A stretch of 51,412 nucleotides of DNA from Chiloscyllium plagiosum. Its lineage: Eukaryota. The notes beneath the pieces are model-generated. The model did not search any database. It worked only from the letters and a program-made list of their open reading frames with translations, and was not told where the DNA came from. The DNA is taken from positions 44,254,791 through 44,306,202 of the forward strand of contig NC_057728.1 of NCBI RefSeq assembly GCF_004010195.1, written 5' to 3'. This document shows, one piece after another, positions 1 to 12,102 of the stretch. How positions within the stretch are numbered: position 1 is the first letter of the stretch; each line of letters starts with the position of its first letter. A program made the position numbers and the translations under genes.

Positions 1-89
1 GATGAAGGGCTTTTGCCCGAAACATCGATTTCGCTGCTTCTTGGATGCTGCCTGAACTGCTGTGCTCTTCCAGCACCACTAATCCAGAA
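1..89 (+). mobile_element. Penelope-like pLTR terminal arm with a minimal hammerhead motif, cut by the window edge
   Basis: Reads GATGA-A-GGGC-TTTT-GCCC-GAAAC-ATC, then gatttc...cagcaccactaatccagaa. Same family as 25898-26160 and 28834-29134. Confidence 0.8.
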
Positions 90-2003
90 TTATGTGAGGA
101 TAAGGCATGAGAGGGGGCTTCAGAGTTATAAGTGAGCCAGAAAAGATCTAAAGAGAGGTCTAAGAAGAGCCAGGATGGGACATGAGAAGTTGTTGGTGAA
201 TAGGATCAAGGAAAACCTGAAGGTCTTCGATAGATACATCAGGAATAAGAGAATGACTAGAATAAGATTAGGACCAATCAAAGATAGTCGTGGAAAGTTA
301 TGTGTGGAATCTGAGGACATGGAAGTGCTTAATGAACACGTTTCCTCAGTATTCACATTGGAAAGGGCAATGTTAGTGAGAATACGGCGCTACAGGCTAC
401 AAGATTAGATGGGGTTAAGGTTGACAAAGAGGAGGGCTTAACAATTTTGGAAGATCTGAAAATAGATAAGACCCCAGGATCTCATTGGATTTATCCTCAG
501 ATTCTCTGGGAAGCCAGGGAGGAGTTTGCAGAGCCTTTGGCTTTGATCTTTATATCATCACTGTCAACAGGAGTAGTGCCAGAAGACTGGAGGATAGCAA
601 ATGTTGATCCCTTGTTTAAGAAAGGAAGTCAGGACAACCCTTGTAATTATAGGTCAATAAGCTTACCTCGGTTGTGGGTAAGATGTTGGAAAAGGTTATA
701 AGAATTAGGATTTATAATCATCTGGAAATTAATAATTTGATTAGGAATAGTCAACACAGTTTTGTGAAGGGTAGGTCGTGCCTCTCTAACCTTATTGAGT
801 TCTTTGAGAAGATGACAAAACAGGTGGATGAAGCTTAAGTGGTTGATGTGATGCATATGGACTTCAGTAACGCGTTTGATAAGGTTTCACACGGTTGGCT
901 ATTGCACAAAATAAGGAGTTTCTGGATTGAAGGTAATTTAGCGGTTTGGATCAGGAATTGGCTAGCTGAAAGAAGACAGGGGAGGTGATTGATGGGAAAT
1001 TTTCATCATGGAGCTCAGTTGCCAGTGGTGTGCCACAAGGATCTGTTTTGGGGCCACAGCTGTTTCTCATTTGTATAAAGATCTTGAGGTGGGCATAAAA
1101 GATTGGGTTAGTAAATTTGCAGATTACAATAAGGTAGATAGAGTTGTAGATAGTGCCAAAGGATGTTACAGAGAGACATAGATAAGATGTAGAGCTGGGC
1201 TGAGAAGTCACAAATGGAATTTAATGTGGAAAAGTGTGAGATAGTTCACTTCGGAAGAAGTAACAGGAATGCAGAGTACTGGGCTAATGGTAAAATTCTT
1301 GGCAGTGCAGATGAACAGAGCGATCTTGGTGTCCAGGTGCATCAATCCCTGAAAGTTGCCACTCAGGTTGATAGGGTTGTTAAGAAGGCATACAGTGTGT
1401 TAGTGCTTATTGGAAGGGGGATTGAGTTTCGGAGCCATGAGGTCATGCTTCAGCTGAACAAGACACTGGTAAGGCCACACTTGGAGTATTGCATGTCGTT
1501 CTGGTCCCTGCATTACAGGAAGAATGTGGAAACTTTGGAAAGATTTCAGAGGAGATTTACTTGGATGTTGCCTGGCATGGAAGGAAGGTCATGCAAAGAA
1601 AGACTGAGGGAACTGACACTGTTTTTGTTAGAGAGAAGAAGGTTGAGAGGTGACTTAATTGAGACGTATAAGATAATCAGAGGGTTAGATAGGGTGGACG
1701 GTGAGAGCCTTTTTCCTCGGATGGTAAAGGCTAACACGAGGGAACATAGTTTTAAATTGAGGAAGGATAGATTTAAGACAGGGGCAGTTTCTTCACTCAG
1801 AGAGTAGGGGCGTGGAACGACCTACCTGCAACAGTTGTAGACTTGCCGACGTTAAGGGCATTTAAATGGGCATTGGACATATATATGGATAACAATAGAA
1901 TGGTGTAGGTCAGATGGGCATCAGTTTAATTTCACAGGTCAGTGCAACATCGAGGGCTGGAGGGCCTGTACTGCGCTATAACATTCTATGTTCTAGATTC
2001 TAT
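90..2003 (+). mobile_element. Decayed CR1 LINE: ORF2 reverse transcriptase region and 3' tail
   Basis: ORF fragments VPEDWRIANV.PLFKKG..DNP.NYR, GVPQGSVLGP-like DNA, MEFNVEKC..VHFG, LVRPHLEYC and RRLRGDLIE. Multiple stops and frameshifts. (ttctat)n-like tail at about 1983-2003. Confidence 0.95.
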
Positions 2004-2593
2004 AAATATTCTACATTATCTGTAGATTAATGAGATGTTATCACATAAAATATGACTGTATTTATTATAAGGAATGCCTGTAGCTGATACCTTGTTCTAT
2101 CAGGTTACCCTTTGAGTAGTTATACAGTCACCAATTCTTTGCTAGTACTGGTCTAAGGACTTACTAATAATATGTTGTGAAGGATGATCATGTAGAAATC
2201 ATGACAAAGACATAGTCTTGAGAATATCTTTTTTCTTAATATAGAAATGGTATAGCAACTTAGAGTAGAACAGCTTCTGCGAAATTTCAAGCTAATCTAA
2301 GTTCCGTGGTTGTTAACAGTAGAGAACAGGCTAGAATAACCACAACGGACAACCAGACTGAACTAAACCGACTAACAGCTCCCTGAGTTAGTCATTTATG
2401 TCTCCGTGGGCAGAGAATCACAAAGCTTCAGAATTAACCTATTCAAGCCAACTGCCTTATCCCAAATTTCTCCCTGCCAAAATCATCACTATACAGTATT
2501 TAATTCATTGTATAAAAGTGTAAAACACATATATATGAAGTTTACCATTATCTCTTCTTCCTTCAAGCTTTATAAATGCAATCAATCTGTAGG

Positions 2594-2848
2594 TTAGATT
2601 ACTTACAGTGTGGAAACAGGCCCTTCAGACCAACAAATCAACACCACCCAGACCCGTTCCCCTACATTTACCCCTTCACCTAACCTGCACATTTTTGGAC
2701 TGTGGGAGGAAACCAGAGCACTCAGAGGAAACCCACGCAGACACAGGGAGAATGTGCAAACTCCACACAGTTGCCTGAGGTGGGAATTGAACCCGGGTCT
2801 CTGGTGCTGTGAGACAGCAGTACTAACTACTGTGCCCACCGTGCCACC
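2594..2848 (-). mobile_element. HE1 (V-SINE) tRNA-derived SINE
   Basis: Minus strand has a tRNA-like head (ggtggcacggtggg...gggttcaattccc), the V domain gtgtggagtttgcacattctccctgtgtctgcgtgggtttcc, and the CR1-like tail gaagggcctgtttccacactgta. Confidence 0.92.
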
Positions 2849-2938
2849 ATGCACATGTTGGACTCAGAGGATTGTTGTATAAGTGATTCAGATTTGGATC
2901 TGTACCCAAATGGATTTTAAATATCTCTCCTAATGATG

Positions 2939-3303
2939 ATTCGGAGATGCCGGTGTTGGACTGGGGTGTACAAAGTTAAAAATCACACAACACCAGGTTA
3001 TAGTCCAACAGGTTTAATTGGAAGCACACTAGCTTTTGGAGCGACGCTCCTTCATCAGGTGATTGTGGGGGGCTCGATTGTAACACAGAATTTATAGCAA
3101 AAATTTGCAGTGTGATGTAACTGAAATTGAATCAATTCTTCAATGTATAATTTCAGTTATATCACACTGCAAATTTTTGCTATAAATTCAGTGTTACAAT
3201 CGAGCCCCCCACAATCACCTGATGAAGGAGCGTCGCTCCAAAAGCTAGTGTGCTTCCAATTAAACCTGTTGGACTATAACCTGGTGTTGTGTGATTTTTA
3301 ACT
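2939..3303. mobile_element. Penelope-derived fold-back insertion with 155-bp inverted arms, each carrying a hammerhead motif
   Basis: Arms 2974-3128 and 3149-3303 are reverse complements with 2 mismatches and a 20-bp spacer. The left arm has an extra tail of about 35 nt. A 14-bp TSD ctctccta(a/t)tgatg lies at 2925-2938 and 3302-3315. Confidence 0.9.
3216..3250 (+). ncRNA. Minimal type I hammerhead ribozyme motif (G12>A, probably inactive); mirror copy on the minus strand at about 3027-3061
   Basis: cac-CTGATGA-A-GGAGC-GTC-GCTCC-aAAA-GC-TA-gtg. Stem I is cac/gtg, stem II is 5 bp, and stem III is the palindrome AGCT. Confidence 0.7.
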
Positions 3304-3822
3304 CTCCTATTGATGTTCATCATTAGTTAAATCCCACTGTAACAGTAATGTGCAATGTGCAGTAACACAAGATTTCTTTGATTTCTGTGTACTGTTCCCT
3401 CCAATGTGTGGGCAAGGTGTGAATATTGCTTGTTCATGAATTTCTGGATCACTATACTATTTCTGTCAAGACCTCTCATCCGCACTTATTGACTAGGCCC
3501 ACGTTTGTCAACTGTTTAACGCAGTGATGTTTGTATTGGTTAGGGCCTTGCTGTTGATGTAAGTACTGTTATTTACAGTAAACATTTTCACAGTCTTTGG
3601 GACTCATCGATGGAGTCAATTATGTTGGAAAGATGGAGATCTGTGATGTCTATGGAGGTACGTAAAATATGATTGCTGTGTGACTCATTCTGTGTTTAAC
3701 AGCAGGATGTTCCTCATGTTTACATGACAGAGAAAAATTGTTAAGATAATTTTTGATCAGTAATAAAAATGCTTAATAAATACATATTTCCATTCTTCTT
3801 TGGCATGGTGGAAGGAGATTGA

Positions 3823-4874
3823 TGTAAGGTGTGTAATTTATATATAGTCATGTTATTTATTTTGGAGATTGAATTTTGAACGAGTGGCATGCAACTTTTG
3901 ATCCATTAGTATGAGTAGGCTTAGTAATTAATTTGGCCACCTTTCTGGAGCTATGAATTTAAGTGAACTTATGTCAAAGGGCTACTGACTGGGGCGCTCC
4001 ATTAAGTGATAATGTGAGTTTATTTGTATTGTGACAGTTTTATAATCAGAGAGAGCAAACATTGAAAGGCATGAGCTTGCTTTTGGTTTAAGAGAATCAA
4101 AAAATCAATTTTTTTCTTGAAAAGCTTTGGGTCCTATTTATAGAAGACCTGTCTGTGGTTATATGTAAGAACAGTTTCTTCAAGAGAAAGAAAGTAGTTT
4201 GGAACAGTTAGGAAATAGGTCATCTCAGTGTCAGGGATCTGGTTTAAAAAATCCAGACCAGAAGTGTTTATTGAGAAACTTGAAGGGGTTATTTGAAATT
4301 AAGAAAATTTAAGCTCAGTTGTGTGAATAATCAAGTAAAGGTCCATCAAGTTCTCAAAGCCTGGAATTGAAAGAAACAAGTTAAGTCAAATCTACAGATG
4401 TGATAGAGAAGGCTGTAGAGATCAAGTAATTGAGTGTATTTATGATAGAGATCAATAGTTTTTAGATTAGTAAGGGGATCAAGGGTAATGGGGAGAAAGC
4501 AGTAGAATGAGGTTGAAAAGCACATCAGCCATGATAAAACAGCAAGGTGGATACGATGGGCCAAATGGCCTAATTTTGCTTCTAGATGGTATTTGAGTAC
4601 AGTAAAGTGATAGTATTGACACAGATAGAATGTGGTTTTATTTTGAAATCCTTCATATTGTATTATATGTAAATAGCTTGGTTTGCTCCATTTTATGTTA
4701 ATTTCTGTGGGGAATATACTTCTGTTTTATTGATAAAACAAAATCTGCAACATTGTAAGCTTACATTGCAGTGATCGACAACTGTGTCAGATTTTTTTTA
4801 AAAATGATCGATTCAGTCAGATTTCTGTCTTGGATCTGATTTTTCCAGTAGTAACATCAGCTGGGATCATAACA
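3823..4874 (+). mobile_element. Probable solo LTR (Gypsy-like) containing a CR1 fragment
   Basis: Begins TGTAAG and ends CATAACA. Flanked by attga/gttga, a 5-bp TSD with 1 mismatch. AT-rich and non-coding. Confidence 0.55.
4406..4587 (+). mobile_element. CR1 3'-end fragment
   Basis: agaaggctgtagag...taaggggatcaaggg...atcagccatgat...atgggccaaatggcctaatt matches the 3' ends at 20760-20923 and 21110-21300. Confidence 0.85.
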
Positions 4875-6219
4875 GTTGATCACAAAAAATAAGGAGGCAT
4901 TAGACCAACAATGGAATGGAATAAATGAGGATAAAATAGAGATGTAAGTAATTTATGTAAATGGTGTAGAACTGTTGTCACAGGCATTATGAACTGATTG
5001 GCTATCATCTGTGCAGAAATTTAATTGAATATTTCGTATAACCAAGAAATTGAGAAATGAGCACAAACAAACCATCTTTTTCAGGTTTCTATGACTATAC
5101 TAAATCTGTTATCTCATTCTAATTTTATTTATTTTTACAGCCTTGCTCTTCAGGTAGTTGGAACAATGCCACACTTTCAAACATCTGTCACTTTAGTACT
5201 AATGAAACTAAATAATGTTTAAATATTCAGTCTCTGGATAGTATCCTGAAAGATGCAGCTTGGGACCCCTCAGAAGTCCCAGCATAATGAGTACACAGTA
5301 CTTGCTTGGGAGAGTTAAGCTTCTAATGGCACATCTCCAGTATCTGGAACCCTCTGAAAATATCCCAATTCTGAGTTAGAGCCTGAGACTTCTGAGATTT
5401 CCAAATTGATTAATGAAATTGTTAAAAGGTTTCCAAAGTGGTCTAGCTCTTGACTAGTTATAAACCTAGGCAATCACTCACAGTGACTCACTGTGGAGTC
5501 AGTGGAGGAGTAGGGCTTGTTATTTACAATCCAACGCTGCCCACAAAACGTTCAGATGATTAACTGTTAAATTAGTTACTCATACTGATCCCATCCTCCA
5601 CCACTAATCTGACTCTCTGACACCTCATTCCCTCTCAGCATCCAATTATCCCTGACACCAAAAACCCACCAGAAAATGAATCACAACTCCCACCAGTACC
5701 TGAAATCCCTACAACATTTAGCTCCATACCCTTCCCCTGGCTCGCTATCCACAACTCTTACCCCCAAAATACAATTCTGTGCCTCCCAAATCTGACTCTT
5801 TAAGACCTGACCAACACTACCGTTTCATCCAGTTAGCATCAAACTGTATCCCTCCACTCACTCAAGTGCCACACCACTCCTCACCCACCCACCACTCTCC
5901 TCATTACCCATCCATGTGCCACACTACTTTATCCATCAACCACCCTACACTCCTACCCATTACTCAGTAGTGTGTCAAAGTGGTTTTGGGATTATAAGCG
6001 TTTTAATTACTGGAACACAGCAGCCATTTCTGTAAAAAGGGAATGCAGCTTATGTGAAGATTCATTGCAATGCTGCCTGCATGTTTTATTGACTGCATCT
6101 GTTGTGCTGGACCCTGCATCGGATATTGGGGCGGAAAAATTTTTCAAATGTACTACTGATTGATCTGGCTCAGAAATAGGGGTTCCAATCTATTTTAGAA
6201 GCTGAGGCCATTGTATAAG

Positions 6220-7041
6220 AGTGGCAGAAGGAGTTTAATTTAAATAAATGTGAGGTGCTGCATTTTGGAAAGGCCAATCAGGGCAGGACTTATACACTTA
6301 ATGGTAAGGTTCTGGGGGGTGCTGTTGAACAAAGAGACCTTGGAGTGCAGGTTCATAGCTCCTTGAAAGTGAAATCACATGTAGATAGGATAGTGAAGAA
6401 GGCATTTGGTATGCTTTCTTTTATTGGTCAAAGCATTGAGCATAGGAGTTGAGAGGTCATGTTGCGGCTGCACAGGACATTGATTAGGCGACTTTTGGAG
6501 TATTGTGTACAATTCTGGTCCCCTTCCTATTTGAAGGATGTTGCGATACTTGAAAGAATTCAGAGAAGATTTACAAGGATGTTGCCAGGGTTGGAGTGTT
6601 TGAGCTATAGGGAGAGGCTGAATAGGCTGGGGCTGGTTTCCCTAAAGTGTCAGAGGCTGAGGGATGACCTTATAGAGGTTTATAAAATCATGAGGGGCAT
6701 GGATAGAGGAAATAGACTAGGTCTTTTTCCCTGGGGTGGGGCAGTCCAGAATTAGTGGGCATAGGTTTAGGGTGAGAGGGGAAAGATATAAAAGAGACCA
6801 AATAGGCAACGTTTTCATGCAGACGGTGGTGGTGTGTACGAAATGAGCTGCCAAAGGATGTGGTGGATGCTGGTAATATTACAATATTTAAAAGGATCTG
6901 GATGGGTATATGAACTGGAAGCATTTAGAGGGATATGGGCCAAGTGCTGGCAAACGGGACTGGATTAATTTAGGATATCTGGTCGGCTTGGACGAGTTGG
7001 ACCAAAGGGTCTGTTTCCGTGCAGTACATCTTCTATGACTC
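6220..7041 (+). mobile_element. 5'-truncated CR1 (HER1-like) LINE with TSD
   Basis: RT C-terminal ORF pieces (LHFGKAN, LLEYCVQFWSP, RLRDDLIEVYKIM) and a ctatgactct tail. An 8-bp direct repeat tgtataag flanks it at 6212-6219 and 7042-7049. Confidence 0.95.
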
Positions 7042-7739
7042 TGTATAAGTCCCTTACTTCATTGAGGGGTACTTATTTTGGTGGATATGGTGGTGATTAA
7101 ATTGTGCAGTTAATAAAACCCATTCATGCACAAGTGAAATAGAAACTCTCCACAGGACCTTGATAGACTTCACACCGTATCAGATGATTGAGCAGCTGTG
7201 TTTATGTTAAACTGTAGTGGAGTTCTGGATCCAATGGACTTTGGACATCAGCTTATTCCCCTCCTTTGCTGCAAGCTCATTCTTTTCATTGCCCTTGATC
7301 CATATTCAATGTAAACTGAAACCCTTGGGAGCTATAGCAAAGACTCACATTAGTTTTAATCTTTAATTCATATTTCATCATTGTTTAGGGAAAACCCTTG
7401 GCTCTGAGCAATTTATGCTCAATGCACACTACTAATCTCTATGTCAGAAAAAAAATTAATGAGGATAACTTTATCTTTAATTTTTCCAGTTATGTAGATT
7501 AATTTCTATCAGTAATTACATTGTGGGTTTCATTAACATTCTTTTACTGCCAGTTCAAGAAATAATAGTACATGTGATTAAATGAAATAGATAAACATTC
7601 TCTGCTCCAACAGTTGTTATTTTGAAATTTATGTTGATTTACAGATTATCATCAATGCATGGTTCAGGTTTTAATTTCCTGGAAATAGTGTGCAATGTGA
7701 AAACAAAATGGCGGAGGATCTCTCAGAAAATGAACGGCT

Positions 7740-8200
7740 AAATGGCTGGGTGACCACTTCGCAGACATTTACATTCTCCCTGAAAAAAAAGTCCCTGCGC
7801 TTCCAGTTGCCTACCACTTTGACGCACCATCCTGTTCCCTGGCCAACATCTCTGCCTCAGGCTTGCTACAGTGTTCCAGCAAAGTTATCACATAGCCTAC
7901 CATTACACACTACCTATTGTTAGCCACTAACAGTCTCCATTCACAGGTGTTCACTCTTCCAGCCAGATTGTTGTCCACTCCTTTGTCTGTCCAATTGTTC
8001 TTCTCTCTCTTTGGGCTCTATCCTCACTTATCATTTACTCCTTACCCTTTCCCCCACCCTATCTTCTGCATATAAACTGACACTTTCCTAGCTACCATCA
8101 GTTCTGAGGAAGGGTCACTGGATCCGAAATGTTAACTCTGATTTCTCTTCACAGAAGTTGGCAGACCTGCTGAGCTTTTCTAGTAACTTCTGTTTTTGTT
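7740..8200 (+). mobile_element. Penelope-like element 3' remnant: GIY-YIG C-terminus plus pLTR
   Basis: Degenerate LGDHFA... and LPVAYHF coding remnants, a pyrimidine-rich 3' region, a hammerhead motif at 8101-8136 and the terminal cagacctgctgagcttttc. Confidence 0.75.
8101..8136 (+). ncRNA. Minimal hammerhead ribozyme motif
   Basis: gtt-CTGAGGA-A-GGGTC-ACTG-GATCC-GAAA-TG-TT-aac. Stem I is gtt/aac; the CpG-type changes are tolerated as G-U wobbles. Confidence 0.7.
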
Positions 8201-9704
8201 AGTGAATGGCTGATGTCGGGTAGTAGAATCATTAGAAATAAATAAATATATCTCTGAAATAGGTTCAGATTACTATCTAATTCATACATTGCCTCCCTGC
8301 ACTCAAATTGGACAAAACCAGATTTTTTTAAGTGTGCATGTAATGACTACAGTGATGCAAAATTAATTTTAGTATCAGATTTTCAAAGAATGCACAGAGC
8401 GATGTATCCTTCCTTGTTAATTTGGTGGCCTAACTGTTAGTTTTGGGATGTTGTTCATTAGAACGCTTGCACTTTTTCAATCACAACACATGTGTAATAT
8501 TTCCAACATGGTGACTATCTTGCATAGAAATCGAATCCAGGTGCCATTGAGCATTTCACGATGCAGCGTCACCAATATTGCACACTATTGTCAGTAAATC
8601 ATGTTGCAACTGTTAGATTCTCCAGATGGCAGCTTGAGAATTACAAGAACAAGTATATCACAGTTCTTTTAATATATTAATTTGAAAGATATCTGAAAGT
8701 AGCTAATTAGAAGATGTTTCCTAGTGGAAGTAGAAATGGATAGAAACTGTACAATGCAAGCTGCATTATTCTGGTTGCTTGGGTTGTCTATGAATCTGTT
8801 GTGGGAGAGAATAACACTGTGGGAAGCAGACTGGATTCTTTCCTGTGCTTCTCCCTTGCAACATCCCTTTCCTAATTTATTTGCATTGTTTAAGTTGCAT
8901 TTTATTATTGATCATTTCAGTGTAATGTTTCCATTCCAAGATGTTCTTGCATATTTGGTTTGATAGATGGTTTGATTCTGATATTTGGCCCAAGATGATG
9001 GTCTGAATTTTCCAGTCAGTGGAGATGGAACAGGATGTATTATTCACTATGCGGCACTGCTCACAAATCTTTCAGATACTTTGACTGTCAAATTAATGTC
9101 AGAAGCCAGATCCAGTATTGTGGACTTGAAAAGTAATGTGTAGTGTGTGTAAACAGATTGAATTCAAGAATCCTCAATAAATCATGTGGGGCTAAATCTT
9201 AACCTTGTTTGGCTAAGTGAGAGCTGTGTTGAGCTTTTTGAAGGGAAGCTTGTCTTGAAGCCCAGTGAGACTTTTTGCTGCATTTACCAATCTTACTGTA
9301 ATGGCATCCTTCACATCTGTCTCTAGCCTCCTCTGACCATTCCCCATTCCTGGAACAACTAGCCACACACTGGATATCCAACATCCTTACATCTGACATA
9401 TTTAAAATGGCCAGCCATTTCCAGTTGTGTTTTACGTCAAGAGAAATGGCAACTAATGGTAGGGAACACAGCTTACAATGGATACCATCAGCATGTGTCA
9501 CTGCCTGATGATCAAGTAGGGTATCCCAGAGCCTTCATGACCCCTTTTCCCTCACTCTACCCTACCAGTACATTTTACCCATCCTCACAAACATGGAGAC
9601 ACAGCACATCAACCTTTGATTCCATCTGTCCTCCCTGCACCCTGCACCCTGATATTGCATGTCAATAATACACTTTCTGCTTCTCTACGCTTCCACCGTG
9701 AAGG

Positions 9705-12102
9705 ATATAGCACAGACAGATATTTCTGTGGCCAGCAATGAAGAATGGTGTGTTGCCTTCCTGGTGCCGGGATCAAGGATGTCTCAGAGAGGGTGCAGAA
9801 TGTTCTCAAGGGGGAGAGGGACCAGCAGGTACAACGTGTCATTGTACACGTTGGAACTAATGACATAGAAGGGAAAAGGATGAGATTCTGAAGGGAGAAT
9901 ATAGAGAGTTAGACAGTATTTAAAAAGGAGATCTCAAGAGTAGTAATATCTGGATTACTCCTGGTGCTGCGAGCCAGTGAGGGTAGGAATAGGGAGATAG
10001 AGCAGATGAATGCATGGCTGAGGAGCTGATGTACAGGAGAAGGATTTACATTTTTGGATTATTGGAATTTCTTCTGGGGTAGAAATGTACAAGAAGGATG
10101 GATTGCACCTGAGTTGGAAGGGGACAAATATACTGGCAGGGAGATTTGCTCGAGCCCCTCAGGAGGATTTAAACTAGTAAGGTGGGACTGGGACCCAGGG
10201 AGATAGTGAGGAAAGAGATCAATCTGAGACTGGTACAGTTGAGAAAAGAAGTGGATTAAACAGTCAGGGCAGGCAGGGACTAAGCAGAGAACATGGCAGG
10301 ACTGATAAATTAAACTGCATTTATTTCAATGCAAGAGACCTAACAGGGAAGGCAGATGAACTCAGGGCATGGTTAGGAACATGGGTCTGGGATATCATAG
10401 CAATTACAGAAACATGGCTCAGGGATGGACAGAACTGGCAGCTTAATGTTCCAGGATACAAATGCTACTGGTTATGGTAGGGGATTTTAACTTTCCAAAC
10501 ATAGATTGGGACTGCCATAATGTTAAGGGTTCAGATGGAGAGGAATTTGTTAAGAGTGTACAAGAAAATTTTCTGATTCAATATGTGGATGTACCTACTA
10601 GAGAAGGTGCAAAACCTGACCTACTCTTGTTAAATAAGGCAGGGCAGGTGACTAAGGTGTCAGTGGGGGAACACTTTAGGGAAAGTGACCATAATTCTAC
10701 TAGTTTTAAAACAGTGATGGAAAAGGATAGACCAGACCTAAAAGTTGAAGTTCTAAATTTGAGGAAGGCTAATTTTGACGGTATTAGGCAAAAGCTTTCA
10801 AAAGCTAATTGTGCGCAAATGTTCACAGGTAGAGGGATGGCTGGAAAATGGGAAACCTTCAGAAATGAGATAATGAGAGTCCAGAGAACGTATATTCCTG
10901 TTAGGGTGAAAGAGAAGGCGTGTGTGTGTAGGGAATGCTGGATGACTAAAGAATTTGAGAGTTTGGTTAAGAAAAAGAAGGAAACATGTATCAGGTACAG
11001 ACAAGTTAGATTGAGTGAATCTGTAGAAGAGTATAAAGGCAGTGGGAATATACTTAAGAGGGAAATCAGGAGGGCAAAACGGGGACATGAGATAGCTTTG
11101 GCAAATGGAGTTAAGGAGAATCCAAAAGGTTTTTACAAAAACATTAAGGACAAAAGGGTAACTAGGTAGAGAATAGGGTCCCTCAAAGATCAGCAAGGCA
11201 GCCTTTATGTGAAGCAGCAGGAGATGGGTAATATACTAAATGAGTATTTTGCATCATTGTTTAATGTGGAAAAGGACATGGAAGATGTAGAATGTAGGGA
11301 AATAGATGATGACTGCTTGAAAAATGGCCATATTACAGAGGAGGAAGTGCTGGATATCTTGAAACTCATAAAAGTGGATAAATCCCCAGGACCTGATCAG
11401 GTGCGCCCCAAACTTCTGTGGGAAGCTAGGGAAATGTTTGCTGAGCCCCTTACTGAGATATTTATATCATTGATAGTTACAAGTGTGGTGCCGGAAGACT
11501 GGAGGTTGGCTAACATGGTACCACTATTTAAGAAGGGTGGTAAGGACAAACCAGGGAACTATAGACCGGTAAGCCTAACATCGTAGGTGGGCAAGTTGTT
11601 GGAAGGATTCCTGAGGGACAGGATGCACATGTATTTGGAAAGGCAAGGACTGATTAGGGATAGTCAACATGGCTTTTTGCGTGGGAAATCATGTCTTGCA
11701 AACTTGATTGAGATTTTTGAAGAAGTAACAAAAAGGATTGATGAGGGCAGAGCGGTGGACGAGATCTATATAGACTTCAGTAAGGCGTTTGACAAGGGTC
11801 CCCATGGAGATTGGTGAGCAAGTTTAGATCTCAGGGAATACAGGGAGAACTAACTATTTGGATACAGAGCTCACTCAAAGGTAGAAGACAGAGGGTGGTG
11901 GTGGAGGGTTTTCAGACCGGAGGCCTGTGACCAATGGAGTGCCACAAGGGTCGGTTCTGGATCCAATGTTTTTTGTAATTTATACAAATGATTTGGATGT
12001 GAGCATAAGGGGTATAGTTAGTACGTTTGCTGATGACACCAAAATTGAAGATGTAGTGGACAGCGAAGAAGTTTACCTCAGATTACAGTGGGATCTTGAT
12101 CA
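9705..12102 (+). mobile_element. CR1 LINE, outer copy, 5' part: ORF1 SGNH-esterase remnant plus ORF2 APE endonuclease and RT
   Basis: ORF1 motifs MVCCLPGA.IKDV and KKDGLHL; APE motifs IAITETWL, GDFNFPNIDW and SDHN; RT motifs SQHGF..GKSC, DFSKAFDK, GVPQGSVL and FADDTK. Contains stops and frameshifts. Confidence 0.95.

Noticed and set aside
5225..6172. Non-autonomous DNA transposon-like block with a C-rich interior, perhaps related to 33295-34190 in reverse
   Set aside because: Only weak similarity by eye, with no clear TIR or TSD.
8400..8700. Enhancer-like motif clusters (CAGATG, TAAATCA, TAATTA), also at 26750-26900
   Set aside because: Short motifs are expected by chance in AT-rich DNA. 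Cross-species conservation data would be needed.
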